Assembly (NCBI GenBank): GCA_963807605.1
Contig: CAWECG010000003.1
Coordinates: forward strand, 800,001-864,000
Direction: 5' to 3'
From: Candidatus Bathyarchaeota archaeon
Lineage (GTDB): Archaea; Thermoproteota; Bathyarchaeia; 40CM-2-53-6; RBG-13-38-9
DNA: 64,000 nt
This document shows, piece by piece, positions 1 through 7,233 of this stretch. Position 1 is the stretch's first letter. Every line of letters starts with the position of its first letter. The position numbers and the translations under genes were made by a program. Below the pieces are notes generated by a model, which had not been told where the DNA came from, did not search any database, and worked only from the letters and a program-made list of their open reading frames with translations.

Positions 1-344
1 TCGAACTCCACACGCAACCTTCTCAATTTCTTGATTTCTTTGATTGCATCACCTACCTGACTAATGATTTGTGATTTTACGTCAAGTGTTTTTTTATAGG
101 ATTCGGTGAGCGAGTCGATGATGGCTTGGTTAAATTCACTAGGATCATAGCCATATTTTGAGAAATCTAGTCTCGTGACAATGACATTCTGGTCAGCTAA
201 GCGTTTCTCCAGTTCCTTTAGGATAGCGGTTTTGCCAATTCTTCTTGGGCCTATTAGGGCATAATGCATTTTCGCGCCCAGTTTCGTCAGCCCTTCAAGA
301 AGTTTTGTCAGTATTTCCTCTCGGTCAACTATGTTATCGAACAT
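1..344 (-). CDS. archaeal-type P-loop ATPase, 5' part only (runs off window start)
   Basis: Not in ORF track. Manual translation from ATG at 344: MFDNIVDREEILTKLLEGLTKLGAKMHYALIGPRRIGKTAILKEL... with N-terminal 'VDREE' and Walker A GPRRIGKT, typical of archaeal ATPases. Confidence 0.8.
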   Translation of the reverse strand, partial: MFDNIVDREEILTKLLEGLTKLGAKMHYALIGPRRIGKTAILKELEKRLADQNVIVTRLDFSKYGYDPSEFNQAIIDSLTESYKKTLDVKSQIISQVGDAIKEIKKLRRLRVEF

Positions 345-472
345 ATATGTCATCTAACATATATGTTGAATTACATATAAGTTTCCCTGTCAACAATTGT
401 TTCGCCAAGCTTACGAAGGCATGTTTTCCAACACATATGTCGTATAACATATATGCGATATAACATATGTGC
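341..472. repeat. two triplets of 10-bp ACATATATGT-like palindromic boxes with 16-bp period (iteron/operator-like)
   Basis: Boxes at 341 ACATATATGT, 357 ACATATATGT, 373 ACATATAAGT and 431 ACACATATGT, 447 ACATATATGC, 463 ACATATGTGC. Confidence 0.8.
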
Positions 473-729
473 TAGTCGTCACCCATGACGTGTGCAATAC
501 CTATGCCAATAACCTCGATTCTCTTCTATTGTCCTGTTTTAACCCCGTTACACTTCACTATTCCTGCTTAGACTACAAAAAAGGTGATTTTGTCTCCATA
601 ATACTGCCGCAGATCTCGGATACAATTTCCAATACGGGAGAAATGTCCTGATTTTGCTTGATTCCATCAGAAACAACCTCATTCTACTAGCTATTTCTCT
701 GATTCAATTAGCTTTTTGATATATCCCTC

Positions 730-760
730 CTATGGTATTCTATGATTATGCTATGATTTA
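730..760. repeat. short imperfect tandem repeat, 3 x CTATG(A/G)T-containing 10-mers
   Basis: CTATGGTATT-CTATGATTAT-G-CTATGATTTA in the AT-rich gap downstream of the MCM-like ATPase. Confidence 0.45.
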
Positions 761-827
761 GTTTCAGAGATAACATGTCATAATCAGGCCAGAAGTGGAC
801 ACCTCTATGTCTCCATTTCTCCTACAA

Positions 828-1655
828 TTATGGAGCATCTTGGACTCTAGTGGATTCTATCGGATTGAATCTGGAGTTCAAGTACTTGGATAAGTCAAGG
901 AATTCATCAAACTCTTCCCGCGTGACATCAGTCTTTTCCTTCATTAGCGCCAAGGCCTTGAGAAACGTCTTAGCATTCAAGAAGAACCTGAAGCCGTAAA
1001 ATTTCATAGAGTCACCGATCTTGATGCTGATAGGAACCAGATCCTTCGCGATGTCTTTCGGAAGAATGACATCAACTGGTTGAGTTGGAAATTCTAAGTC
1101 AATCTTGTCTCCAACAGCGCTCTTGTCTTCCAGAAGAGAATCGTATATCCTGCAAACCGCAGATATGGGATAGCTATAGCTGAAGAGGAACATTCTGCTT
1201 AGGAAACCCATCTTAGCCCAATCGTGTCTGCCATCCTCCAGAGCATCTTCAGTAATCGCGGTCAATAGTCCGCAGTTCACTTCTTTGTCCCAGACATTAG
1301 CGTACGTTGTGATTTTTGCGACTCCTTCCTCAATGAGGTTATTCAGAAAAGCTATCAAAGACTGTCTTGTCTTCGCGCTTTTGCTGAGTGGAGTGATCAA
1401 GTCTGCTATTATGATGTGTTTGACCTCTCCTGACACTACCTTCGGCAGGACATCACGTGTTAGACCGAAAGCTGTACAATCGGTGTAGTAGACGATTCCC
1501 TTGTTCTCCTTGTACTTCTTCAGGACGGCTGTCTTTCCGCTTTCAGGTTTAGCGACAATAAGAAGCGAGAGAGGCTTCTCATCTTTCAAATATGCACTGT
1601 AGAGAGTAGCTCTTACTGTCTTTTCCAGTGCATCTAATTCTATAATTCTTGGCAA
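828..1655 (-). CDS. MCM-like AAA+ ATPase (putative helicase motor, no N-terminal MCM domain)
   Basis: Walker A LLIVAKPESGKT, Walker B-like HIIIADL, LNNLIEEG, Arg-finger GFLSRM; GAGG upstream of the TTG start. Confidence 0.65.
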   Translation of the reverse strand: MPRIIELDALEKTVRATLYSAYLKDEKPLSLLIVAKPESGKTAVLKKYKENKGIVYYTDCTAFGLTRDVLPKVVSGEVKHIIIADLITPLSKSAKTRQSLIAFLNNLIEEGVAKITTYANVWDKEVNCGLLTAITEDALEDGRHDWAKMGFLSRMFLFSYSYPISAVCRIYDSLLEDKSAVGDKIDLEFPTQPVDVILPKDIAKDLVPISIKIGDSMKFYGFRFFLNAKTFLKALALMKEKTDVTREEFDEFLDLSKYLNSRFNPIESTRVQDAP

Positions 1656-1749
1656 TATTCCTCAACCATTTTCTGTCTCGCCGAGCTTCATACTCGTACT
1701 CTCGTTCCAGCTCGCGATCTTCCTCTATGTTCACTGTCCTTATGCTCAT
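1579..1749 (-). CDS. possible small charged protein (56 aa) overlapping both neighbours
   Basis: AAGGAG 8 nt upstream of ATG at 1749; MSIRTVNIEEDRELEREYEYEARRDRKW... Confidence 0.3.
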   Translation of the reverse strand: MSIRTVNIEEDRELEREYEYEARRDRKWLRNIAKNYRIRCTGKDSKSYSLQCIFER

Positions 1750-2161
1750 GCTGAAGTCTCCTTGCGAGTGATCTTGTGTTCTGGATGGTTGACTGAGAAG
1801 ATGCACTGCCTCGATAGATAGTCCGCAATCTCTTGTTAGGAGATTCGAAGAGCTTGTTCCATTCCTTGAATCCAACTCGTATTCGCGCGCGATTGAAATC
1901 TACTCTTCGACAATCATCACCTAAAAGGAACTGTAATCGATTCGCAAGCTCCGATTTCATCGCAGGGATTATTTTGATGTAGAAGTGGTTGCCTTTGCAT
2001 CGACTTGGACACATTCTTATTTGGACAACTTTGACCCCATGATTCCTGCAAATATTGACCACTGACCGGACATAGTCGCTTATCCATTCATGGTCTACGA
2101 CACAGTCCTTATCGACCTTTAATTCATCGACGAGTCCTGCGTCTGTACCTTTTCTTGACAT
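1688..2161 (-). CDS. minimal archaeo-eukaryotic primase (AEP)-like protein
   Basis: hhDxD (LKVDKD, D17/D19), SxxKGxH followed by hydrophobic strand (SRCKGNHFYI, H59), acidic motif III candidate (LGDD); co-oriented with AAA+ ATPase. Confidence 0.55.
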   Translation of the reverse strand: MSRKGTDAGLVDELKVDKDCVVDHEWISDYVRSVVNICRNHGVKVVQIRMCPSRCKGNHFYIKIIPAMKSELANRLQFLLGDDCRRVDFNRARIRVGFKEWNKLFESPNKRLRTIYRGSASSQSTIQNTRSLARRLQHEHKDSEHRGRSRAGTRVRV

Positions 2162-2495
2162 AACTAATCACTCTTGATGGTAGTCGGTGGGCCTTCCACC
2201 TCCGACCTTTGCGCTCCATCCTTAACGCTTCAATAGTCAGATGCCGTTGCGTCTTGGTTGCTGGTCTCTCACGCTCGAATGAAATCCTAATGTATTTTTT
2301 CGGAATCCAACGTCTATGCTTCCGATACAAATGTCGTTGAAAATATTGAAGCCCTCTTCTCGCAAGACTTCTCCTTACTCTTCTGATGTCACCTTTTCTC
2401 GTTGCCGTAATGTACATTTCCTGTTCCTGTGGTATCTTCTGATGCTCTTCATACCACATTGTAGAAACCGTCATTTTGTAGATTCTAGCCGACAT
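2124..2495 (-). CDS. Arg/Lys-rich hypothetical protein, probably nucleic-acid binding
   Basis: 123-aa ORF overlapping both neighbours, GAGG upstream, extremely basic. Confidence 0.6.
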   Translation of the reverse strand: MSARIYKMTVSTMWYEEHQKIPQEQEMYITATRKGDIRRVRRSLARRGLQYFQRHLYRKHRRWIPKKYIRISFERERPATKTQRHLTIEALRMERKGRRWKAHRLPSRVISYVKKRYRRRTRR

Positions 2496-2751
2496 TGGAC
2501 ATCCTCTTTTCTTGGTAGCCCGATCCCTTGACTGAGCGGACCTTGTTGGGAGAATTTATCCAGAAAATCCAGCTTTTTGAAGACTTGACTGCCTGAATTC
2601 TACCTTCGTATAGGAGTTCTAGGCAATGTTTCAGGGCGGTGTTCCAGTTGCCAATCCTACACGCCACCCTAATCTTCTCTACATCCAATGGTTGCTGAGT
2701 TTCAGCGAGTTGCTTAAGAATGGAAGTCTTGTAATCGAAACTTTTCTTCAT
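2485..2751 (-). CDS. small winged-HTH DNA-binding protein
   Basis: ORF 2485..2805; likely start at ATG 2751 (MKKSFDYKTSILKQL...IGNWNTALKHCLELLYEGRIQAVKSSKSWIFW), wHTH pattern. Confidence 0.65.
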   Translation of the reverse strand: MKKSFDYKTSILKQLAETQQPLDVEKIRVACRIGNWNTALKHCLELLYEGRIQAVKSSKSWIFWINSPNKVRSVKGSGYQEKRMSNVG

Positions 2752-2823
2752 TCGAATCGCCTTACAGAAGATCTTACATGAATTGTTATATAGAGGCGTA
2801 CACATGCAATTATCCGAAGATGC

Positions 2824-3498
2824 GTGGGTATGGACAAGTATGAGGCGCTTGCAGAGAAACTCAACCGTGTAAGAACAGGAATTCTGCTAAATGGTCCAAT
2901 CACTGTGTATGGTATCGAGAGATACTTAGACCTTCCAAATGCGACGGCTAAGAGATATTTCAAAACCCTGCTAAGAGAGAAAGAGATTATTCAATACAGG
3001 ACAGAACCGCACAAAAGTGGAAATATCAAGATACTCTATGGGCCGACCCTCTACGGTTATTTAAGATGGTTCAGAATCCCGAAGAGCATTGCCAAGAAGA
3101 ATTTTGGGGCAGCAATGAAAATTTGGCTTCCAGAAGACAAATTCGAATTCTTTCTACCCAAGAACGAATTACAAGAGGCGCTGAAGAATAGCCAAGTTGT
3201 AGTTCATTTATCGAGATTCTGTCAGATGATCGCAGATGTACTCCCTGACGCAGAAGACTTCTCAAGTTACCTAGAAGACCAAGGCTACAGCGAATCCAAT
3301 CCCTCACAGATAATCAGTCTAGCTATGCAATTTGTAGGCAGAAGCCATGCTAAAGAATGGACTGCAAGTTCAAAAGTTCTCGTCAAATATTTGCCGACCT
3401 ACCAGCAGCAGCTACAGCAATTCATTCGGAATCAGCGAGAACGACTTGATCGCATGGAAAAAGAGATCTTTGGGCATGAGGGAGGAAGTCAAGAATGA
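2824..3498 (+). CDS. HTH-domain protein (putative regulator), coupled to cas1
   Basis: N-terminal wHTH-like GPITVYGIERYLDLPNATAKRYFKTL; ATGA overlap with cas1 start. Confidence 0.65.
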   Translation: MGMDKYEALAEKLNRVRTGILLNGPITVYGIERYLDLPNATAKRYFKTLLREKEIIQYRTEPHKSGNIKILYGPTLYGYLRWFRIPKSIAKKNFGAAMKIWLPEDKFEFFLPKNELQEALKNSQVVVHLSRFCQMIADVLPDAEDFSSYLEDQGYSESNPSQIISLAMQFVGRSHAKEWTASSKVLVKYLPTYQQQLQQFIRNQRERLDRMEKEIFGHEGGSQE

Positions 3499-4703
3499 AT
3501 CCTCTTCATCTTTCTGGTTACGGCGTCAAGGTCAAGGTCGATAATATGCGTCCTAAGTCAGAGCTTGTGATATCTGATGGCAGACAGGACTTCAAGGAAG
3601 GCTCAGCCTATCGCTTTAGGCCAAGAAAGATTCCTTATGACTCCATCATCATTGACGGTCACAGCGGCTACATCTCTCTTCAAGCCTTCCACTGGCTATC
3701 CAAGAACAAGATTCCAGTCTTCATCCTCAACTTCGATGGTAGCTTGATTTCGTCTATTCTTCCTCCTATGCCTGTTAAGGCTGACTTGAGAGCTGCACAA
3801 TTAGACGCCTCAAGAGATGCTGAGAAGACATTCAAGATTGCATATGAACTGGTGAAGGCTAAGATTCAGAGAACCCATGATGTCTTGAAGTGGCTTGCAG
3901 ATAGATACGACATAGAAAAGCAAGCGAGGAAAGTCAAAAAAGAATCCTTGACTCTCTCAAAGGCAAGTACAATCAAAGACCTGAGAATTGTCGAAGGCAG
4001 AGTAGCTCTAAGATATTGGCAAACTATCCAGTCAGTTATTCCTGAGACCTTTGATTTTCAAGGCAGAATCACCAAGAAACATCAGTACAATGCTTCAGAC
4101 CCTGTTAATCTGGCGCTGAACTATGCTTATGGAGTATTGGAGGGCGAATGCCGTAGAGCAATAAACATCGTAGGCTTAGAGCCTTCAGTCGGCTTTTTGC
4201 CTGATTTCGCTGATTACCAGACCAAACAATCATTGGTCTACGACTTGCAGGAACCCTTCAGATGGATTGGTGAAATAGCTACAATACAGGCCTTCGAGTC
4301 GGGTCTACTGGATATGAAAGATTTCTATTTCATGGGCGACGATTACCGCTATCACCTTGAGATAGAAGCTAAGAGAAGATTCCTACGATTTCTCAAAGAA
4401 CGATTCAACTCAGCAATTAGGTACAAAGGCAAGGTATGGCAGTGGGATACTGTTATCCTGAATAAGGTTCAAGAGTTAAGCAGATTCTTTCTTGGGAGAT
4501 CCAAGTTCGTAGACTTCATAGAACCTGCTCCAAGTCTGGTAAGAAGCGATAGTTTGGAATTTCGCAATCGAATTCTAGAGCTGACACAGAAACAGGCTCA
4601 AGGACTTGGCATGAGTAAGAGTACTCTTCATCATCTGCGTAAGAATATTAGTAGTGATAAATCGTTTAGAGTATATCAGAAGGTTGCCTGTAGGCTGAAG
4701 TAA
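3495..4703 (+). CDS. cas1: stand-alone Cas1 endonuclease, family-2 casposase type with C-terminal HTH; catalytic His replaced by Pro
   Basis: MNPLHLSGYG, YDSIIIDGHSGYISLQAFHWL, EGRVA..YW, NASDPVNLALNYAY, GLEPSVGFL(P), SLVYDLQEPFRW, C-terminal LGMSKSTLHHLRKN HTH; no cas2 or CRISPR nearby. Confidence 0.92.
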   Translation: MNPLHLSGYGVKVKVDNMRPKSELVISDGRQDFKEGSAYRFRPRKIPYDSIIIDGHSGYISLQAFHWLSKNKIPVFILNFDGSLISSILPPMPVKADLRAAQLDASRDAEKTFKIAYELVKAKIQRTHDVLKWLADRYDIEKQARKVKKESLTLSKASTIKDLRIVEGRVALRYWQTIQSVIPETFDFQGRITKKHQYNASDPVNLALNYAYGVLEGECRRAINIVGLEPSVGFLPDFADYQTKQSLVYDLQEPFRWIGEIATIQAFESGLLDMKDFYFMGDDYRYHLEIEAKRRFLRFLKERFNSAIRYKGKVWQWDTVILNKVQELSRFFLGRSKFVDFIEPAPSLVRSDSLEFRNRILELTQKQAQGLGMSKSTLHHLRKNISSDKSFRVYQKVACRLK

Positions 4704-5396
4704 ATGGCTGAGAAGAAGCATTCTAGACGTAGATTTCTGAAGTATGTAGGAGCGGGGATTGTTGCAGCAACTGCTGGAATATGCTACCTAACTAAGGACT
4801 ATTGGTATTCTCGCATACAGGAAGCCTACAAAGAATTCTATACAAGAATGTTTCCAGAAAGGAGTTCGACTACCACCACAACAGCTTCCACCACAACAGA
4901 AACTCAAACTCCCAGTATTATCCAATCACCATCGGCCACTGTAACTCCAACACCAACACCAAAGGAACAGATGTCCGAAGACGAAATAATGATAAGAGGA
5001 GTCCTGGCTGCGTGGAGAGATCTCTACAATCCTGGAAAAACGGGTAATACTCTCGGGGTCTATACGGACGATGCCGTCTTGGATTTTGGCTGCAGTAGTG
5101 ATAGAGTCGGGAGCTTTACCGGGTCGGCTGAAATATCAGCGTTCATCAGTGGACGTGTGGCTGAAGATGATTGCAAAATGGCGAATCAGATAATAGAAAC
5201 GTTGAGAATACAGGACAATGAGGCATATGTCGTATGCTATGAGGATTTGATGACTAGCAGAGGAACCGCTAGATGGCTCAGCAAATTCAAGCTGAGAAAG
5301 ATCAGCGAAATCAGGCGTGGAGCCAGCACATTCAAACTCCCAAAACCACTTTGGAAAATACAGGATGAGTATTCTCACTGTGCGCAAGACGGCTGA
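4704..5396 (+). CDS. Tat-signal, Thr/Pro-linker, NTF2/SnoaL-like exported protein (probable cargo)
   Basis: SRRRFLK plus hydrophobic stretch, TTTTTASTTT/TPTPTP linker, YTDDAVL...G..EI...WKI pattern. Confidence 0.65.
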   Translation: MAEKKHSRRRFLKYVGAGIVAATAGICYLTKDYWYSRIQEAYKEFYTRMFPERSSTTTTTASTTTETQTPSIIQSPSATVTPTPTPKEQMSEDEIMIRGVLAAWRDLYNPGKTGNTLGVYTDDAVLDFGCSSDRVGSFTGSAEISAFISGRVAEDDCKMANQIIETLRIQDNEAYVVCYEDLMTSRGTARWLSKFKLRKISEIRRGASTFKLPKPLWKIQDEYSHCAQDG

Positions 5397-5541
5397 AATC
5401 GTCGTCGTCGTCGCTTTAGCTGGTGAGAGCATCCAGATTTGAACCGTTAGATTATGATTTTGTGTGTGGTGCTACTTGGTTAGAGTATCGAGATCCCCCT
5501 TCACTTTGCACATGCCAGAACTCCTCGGAACTATTGAACTG

Positions 5542-6732
5542 TTAGGTTGGTTCACCTTCGTAAGATATGCAGCATGGATCTTCAGCCCATAGGTCGTTTG
5601 ACTCAAAATAGGCTCTTATTCTGCAGCCTCCAGTGCAAGTCTTCTTGTTAATGCATCTTCCACATTTACCTTTGAGCTTGTCAACTTTTCTTCTCAAATC
5701 TGAGAGAACAGGGTTCTGGGGGTCGTTCCAGATCTTCCCAAGAGATATTTCTTTTAAGTTTCCCACTTTCAGACTTGCGAGTTGGGCGAATTGACATGGG
5801 TATATGTTTCCTTGAGGGTCTATGTTGAGTACTCTATCACCCGCACTGCATGTATCGCCAACTAACTCCAAGATTTCGTGAGCCTTGTCATATATGTTAG
5901 GTGCCTCTTTCTTCAACCTATTGAGAATATACACGCCATCTTGCGGTGCATCCACAGTGAGTATCTCTATCTGTTCTGGGCTAAGTGACCATGTAGACTC
6001 GTATAGCTCGTTGAGCACCCATGCAATCTCATCTTTATCGAGTCTTTTCTTTTGATACAGGTTTCTTCCTCTGCCGCTTGGAACAAGCCAGTATAGGCAG
6101 AATCTTGGTACATCTAGGCGTCTAGTGAGAGCCAATAGTTCAGGAATCTCTTTGAAATTGTCTCTTGTCGCCGTTAACCTGATTCCACACTTAATTCCTG
6201 ACTCAATACAATTCTTCAAAGCTCTGACAGAACTGTCAAAGCTACCACTTTGGCCTCTTATCGTATCATGTGTGGATGCGCGAGCTCCGTCGAGCGATAC
6301 CCCAACATAATCTACCTGTTCCTCTTTGAGCCTCTGCGCAACATCGCGTGTTATCAGAAGGCCGTTGCTGCTAACTGCCACCTTCACGCCGCGGGAACGG
6401 GAGTATTTGAGTATGTCCCAGAAGTCTGATCTGACAAGGGGTTCTCCACCGCTGAGCATTAGTAAGGGAGTTCTACAGGCGACTGCTTCATCGACGAGAC
6501 GCTGCGCGTCATGAAATGAAAGTTCACTATTCAGTTGCTGATTTCCCGCATTGATGTAGCACTGTGAGCATGAGAGGTTGCATCTGCTCGTCAGGTTCCA
6601 AAATATGAGCGGCCTCTTCTGTTCAGAGAAAGCCAAATACTTACTGGGAATCCTTGAGGGGTCTTCTTTTCGGTGTTTCAGAATCTTGGCTACAGTCCCT
6701 TCTCCATGAATCAACTCAGTGAATCTGATCAT
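5542..6732 (-). CDS. ahbC: radical SAM/SPASM protein, Fe-coproporphyrin synthase AhbC (NirJ1-like)
   Basis: PLIFWNLTSRCNLSCSQC, SGGEPL, SPASM cysteines, AhbC-like N-terminus, located after ahbAB. Confidence 0.8.
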   Translation of the reverse strand: MIRFTELIHGEGTVAKILKHRKEDPSRIPSKYLAFSEQKRPLIFWNLTSRCNLSCSQCYINAGNQQLNSELSFHDAQRLVDEAVACRTPLLMLSGGEPLVRSDFWDILKYSRSRGVKVAVSSNGLLITRDVAQRLKEEQVDYVGVSLDGARASTHDTIRGQSGSFDSSVRALKNCIESGIKCGIRLTATRDNFKEIPELLALTRRLDVPRFCLYWLVPSGRGRNLYQKKRLDKDEIAWVLNELYESTWSLSPEQIEILTVDAPQDGVYILNRLKKEAPNIYDKAHEILELVGDTCSAGDRVLNIDPQGNIYPCQFAQLASLKVGNLKEISLGKIWNDPQNPVLSDLRRKVDKLKGKCGRCINKKTCTGGCRIRAYFESNDLWAEDPCCISYEGEPT

Positions 6733-6750
6733 TATGAAACACCACGGTTT

Positions 6751-7233
6751 CTAGAACTCTATGCTTGCTTTCTTCAGCTCTTCAACACTGAAGAGTATTT
6801 CATAGCTCGCTACGCGTAGCTTCTCCATCAAAGTTGCTACTCGATCCTCGACAGTTCTTCGTGTAGGACCATGGATCATGAAGAATAGATTATAGTCCCA
6901 GATTCTTGGAACGGTCTTCCTCTCGTAGCAGTGAGTTACCCCCTTCATCTGTGATAGATATCTTCCGACATATGGAATTCTGCTCTTGAGAACCTTACAG
7001 ACCACCATCCCATTGGCTTGTAATCCAACTCCCGATGGTCTTATCGTGGCACCAAACCGTCGGATGATTCCATTCTTCTTAAGAGTCTTGATCCTTGAGA
7101 CGACCTCCTCCTGACTTAGCCCTAGATTCCTTGAGACAATGCTGTAAGGCTCGTCTTCAAGTTCTATTCCACCTTGTAGGCTTGACATTATTGCCACATC
7201 AAGATGGTCAGGAATGTGTCTCGAGTTTTTCAT
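6751..7233 (-). CDS. ahbB: siroheme decarboxylase subunit AhbB
   Basis: Lrp-like fold, IRRFGA, ANGMVV, VTHCYER, WDYNLFFMIHG. Confidence 0.85.
   Translation of the reverse strand: MKNSRHIPDHLDVAIMSSLQGGIELEDEPYSIVSRNLGLSQEEVVSRIKTLKKNGIIRRFGATIRPSGVGLQANGMVVCKVLKSRIPYVGRYLSQMKGVTHCYERKTVPRIWDYNLFFMIHGPTRRTVEDRVATLMEKLRVASYEILFSVEELKKASIEF

Larger units (their letters stand above)
828..5498. mobile_element. casposon-like element (casposase plus primase/helicase-like replication module); left boundary unresolved and may extend beyond the window start
   Basis: Solo Cas1 with C-terminal HTH, no cas2 or array, divergent HTH pair, AEP-like and AAA+ genes; chromosomal hem operon resumes at 5542. 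Confidence 0.6.

Noticed and set aside
341-472. Mini-CRISPR interpretation of the ACATATATGT boxes
   Set aside because: Units are 10 bp with 6-bp gaps, far too short for repeats and spacers.
606-630. GATCTCGGATAC as left TIR matching 5486-5498
   Set aside because: Only a gapped 11-nt match lacking the terminal GGGG, with no adjacent target-site duplication (the CTTCACT match at 553 is 50 bp away and only 7 nt).
245-651. ORFs 245..463 and 469..651
   Set aside because: They overlap the ATPase start and the repeat array and have no protein-like features; probably non-coding.
711-727. TTTGATATATCCC resembling a casposon end
   Set aside because: Same orientation as the candidate right end, so it cannot pair with it; too short to support a tandem element.
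4868-4960. ACC/ACA-rich repeats, and (GTC)n near 5400
   Set aside because: Explained by a Thr/Pro linker and a trivial microsatellite.
3495-5541. CRISPR-Cas adaptation module or CRISPR array near cas1
   Set aside because: No cas2, cas4 or effector genes and no repeat-spacer array seen anywhere in the window; the Cas1 is casposase-like.
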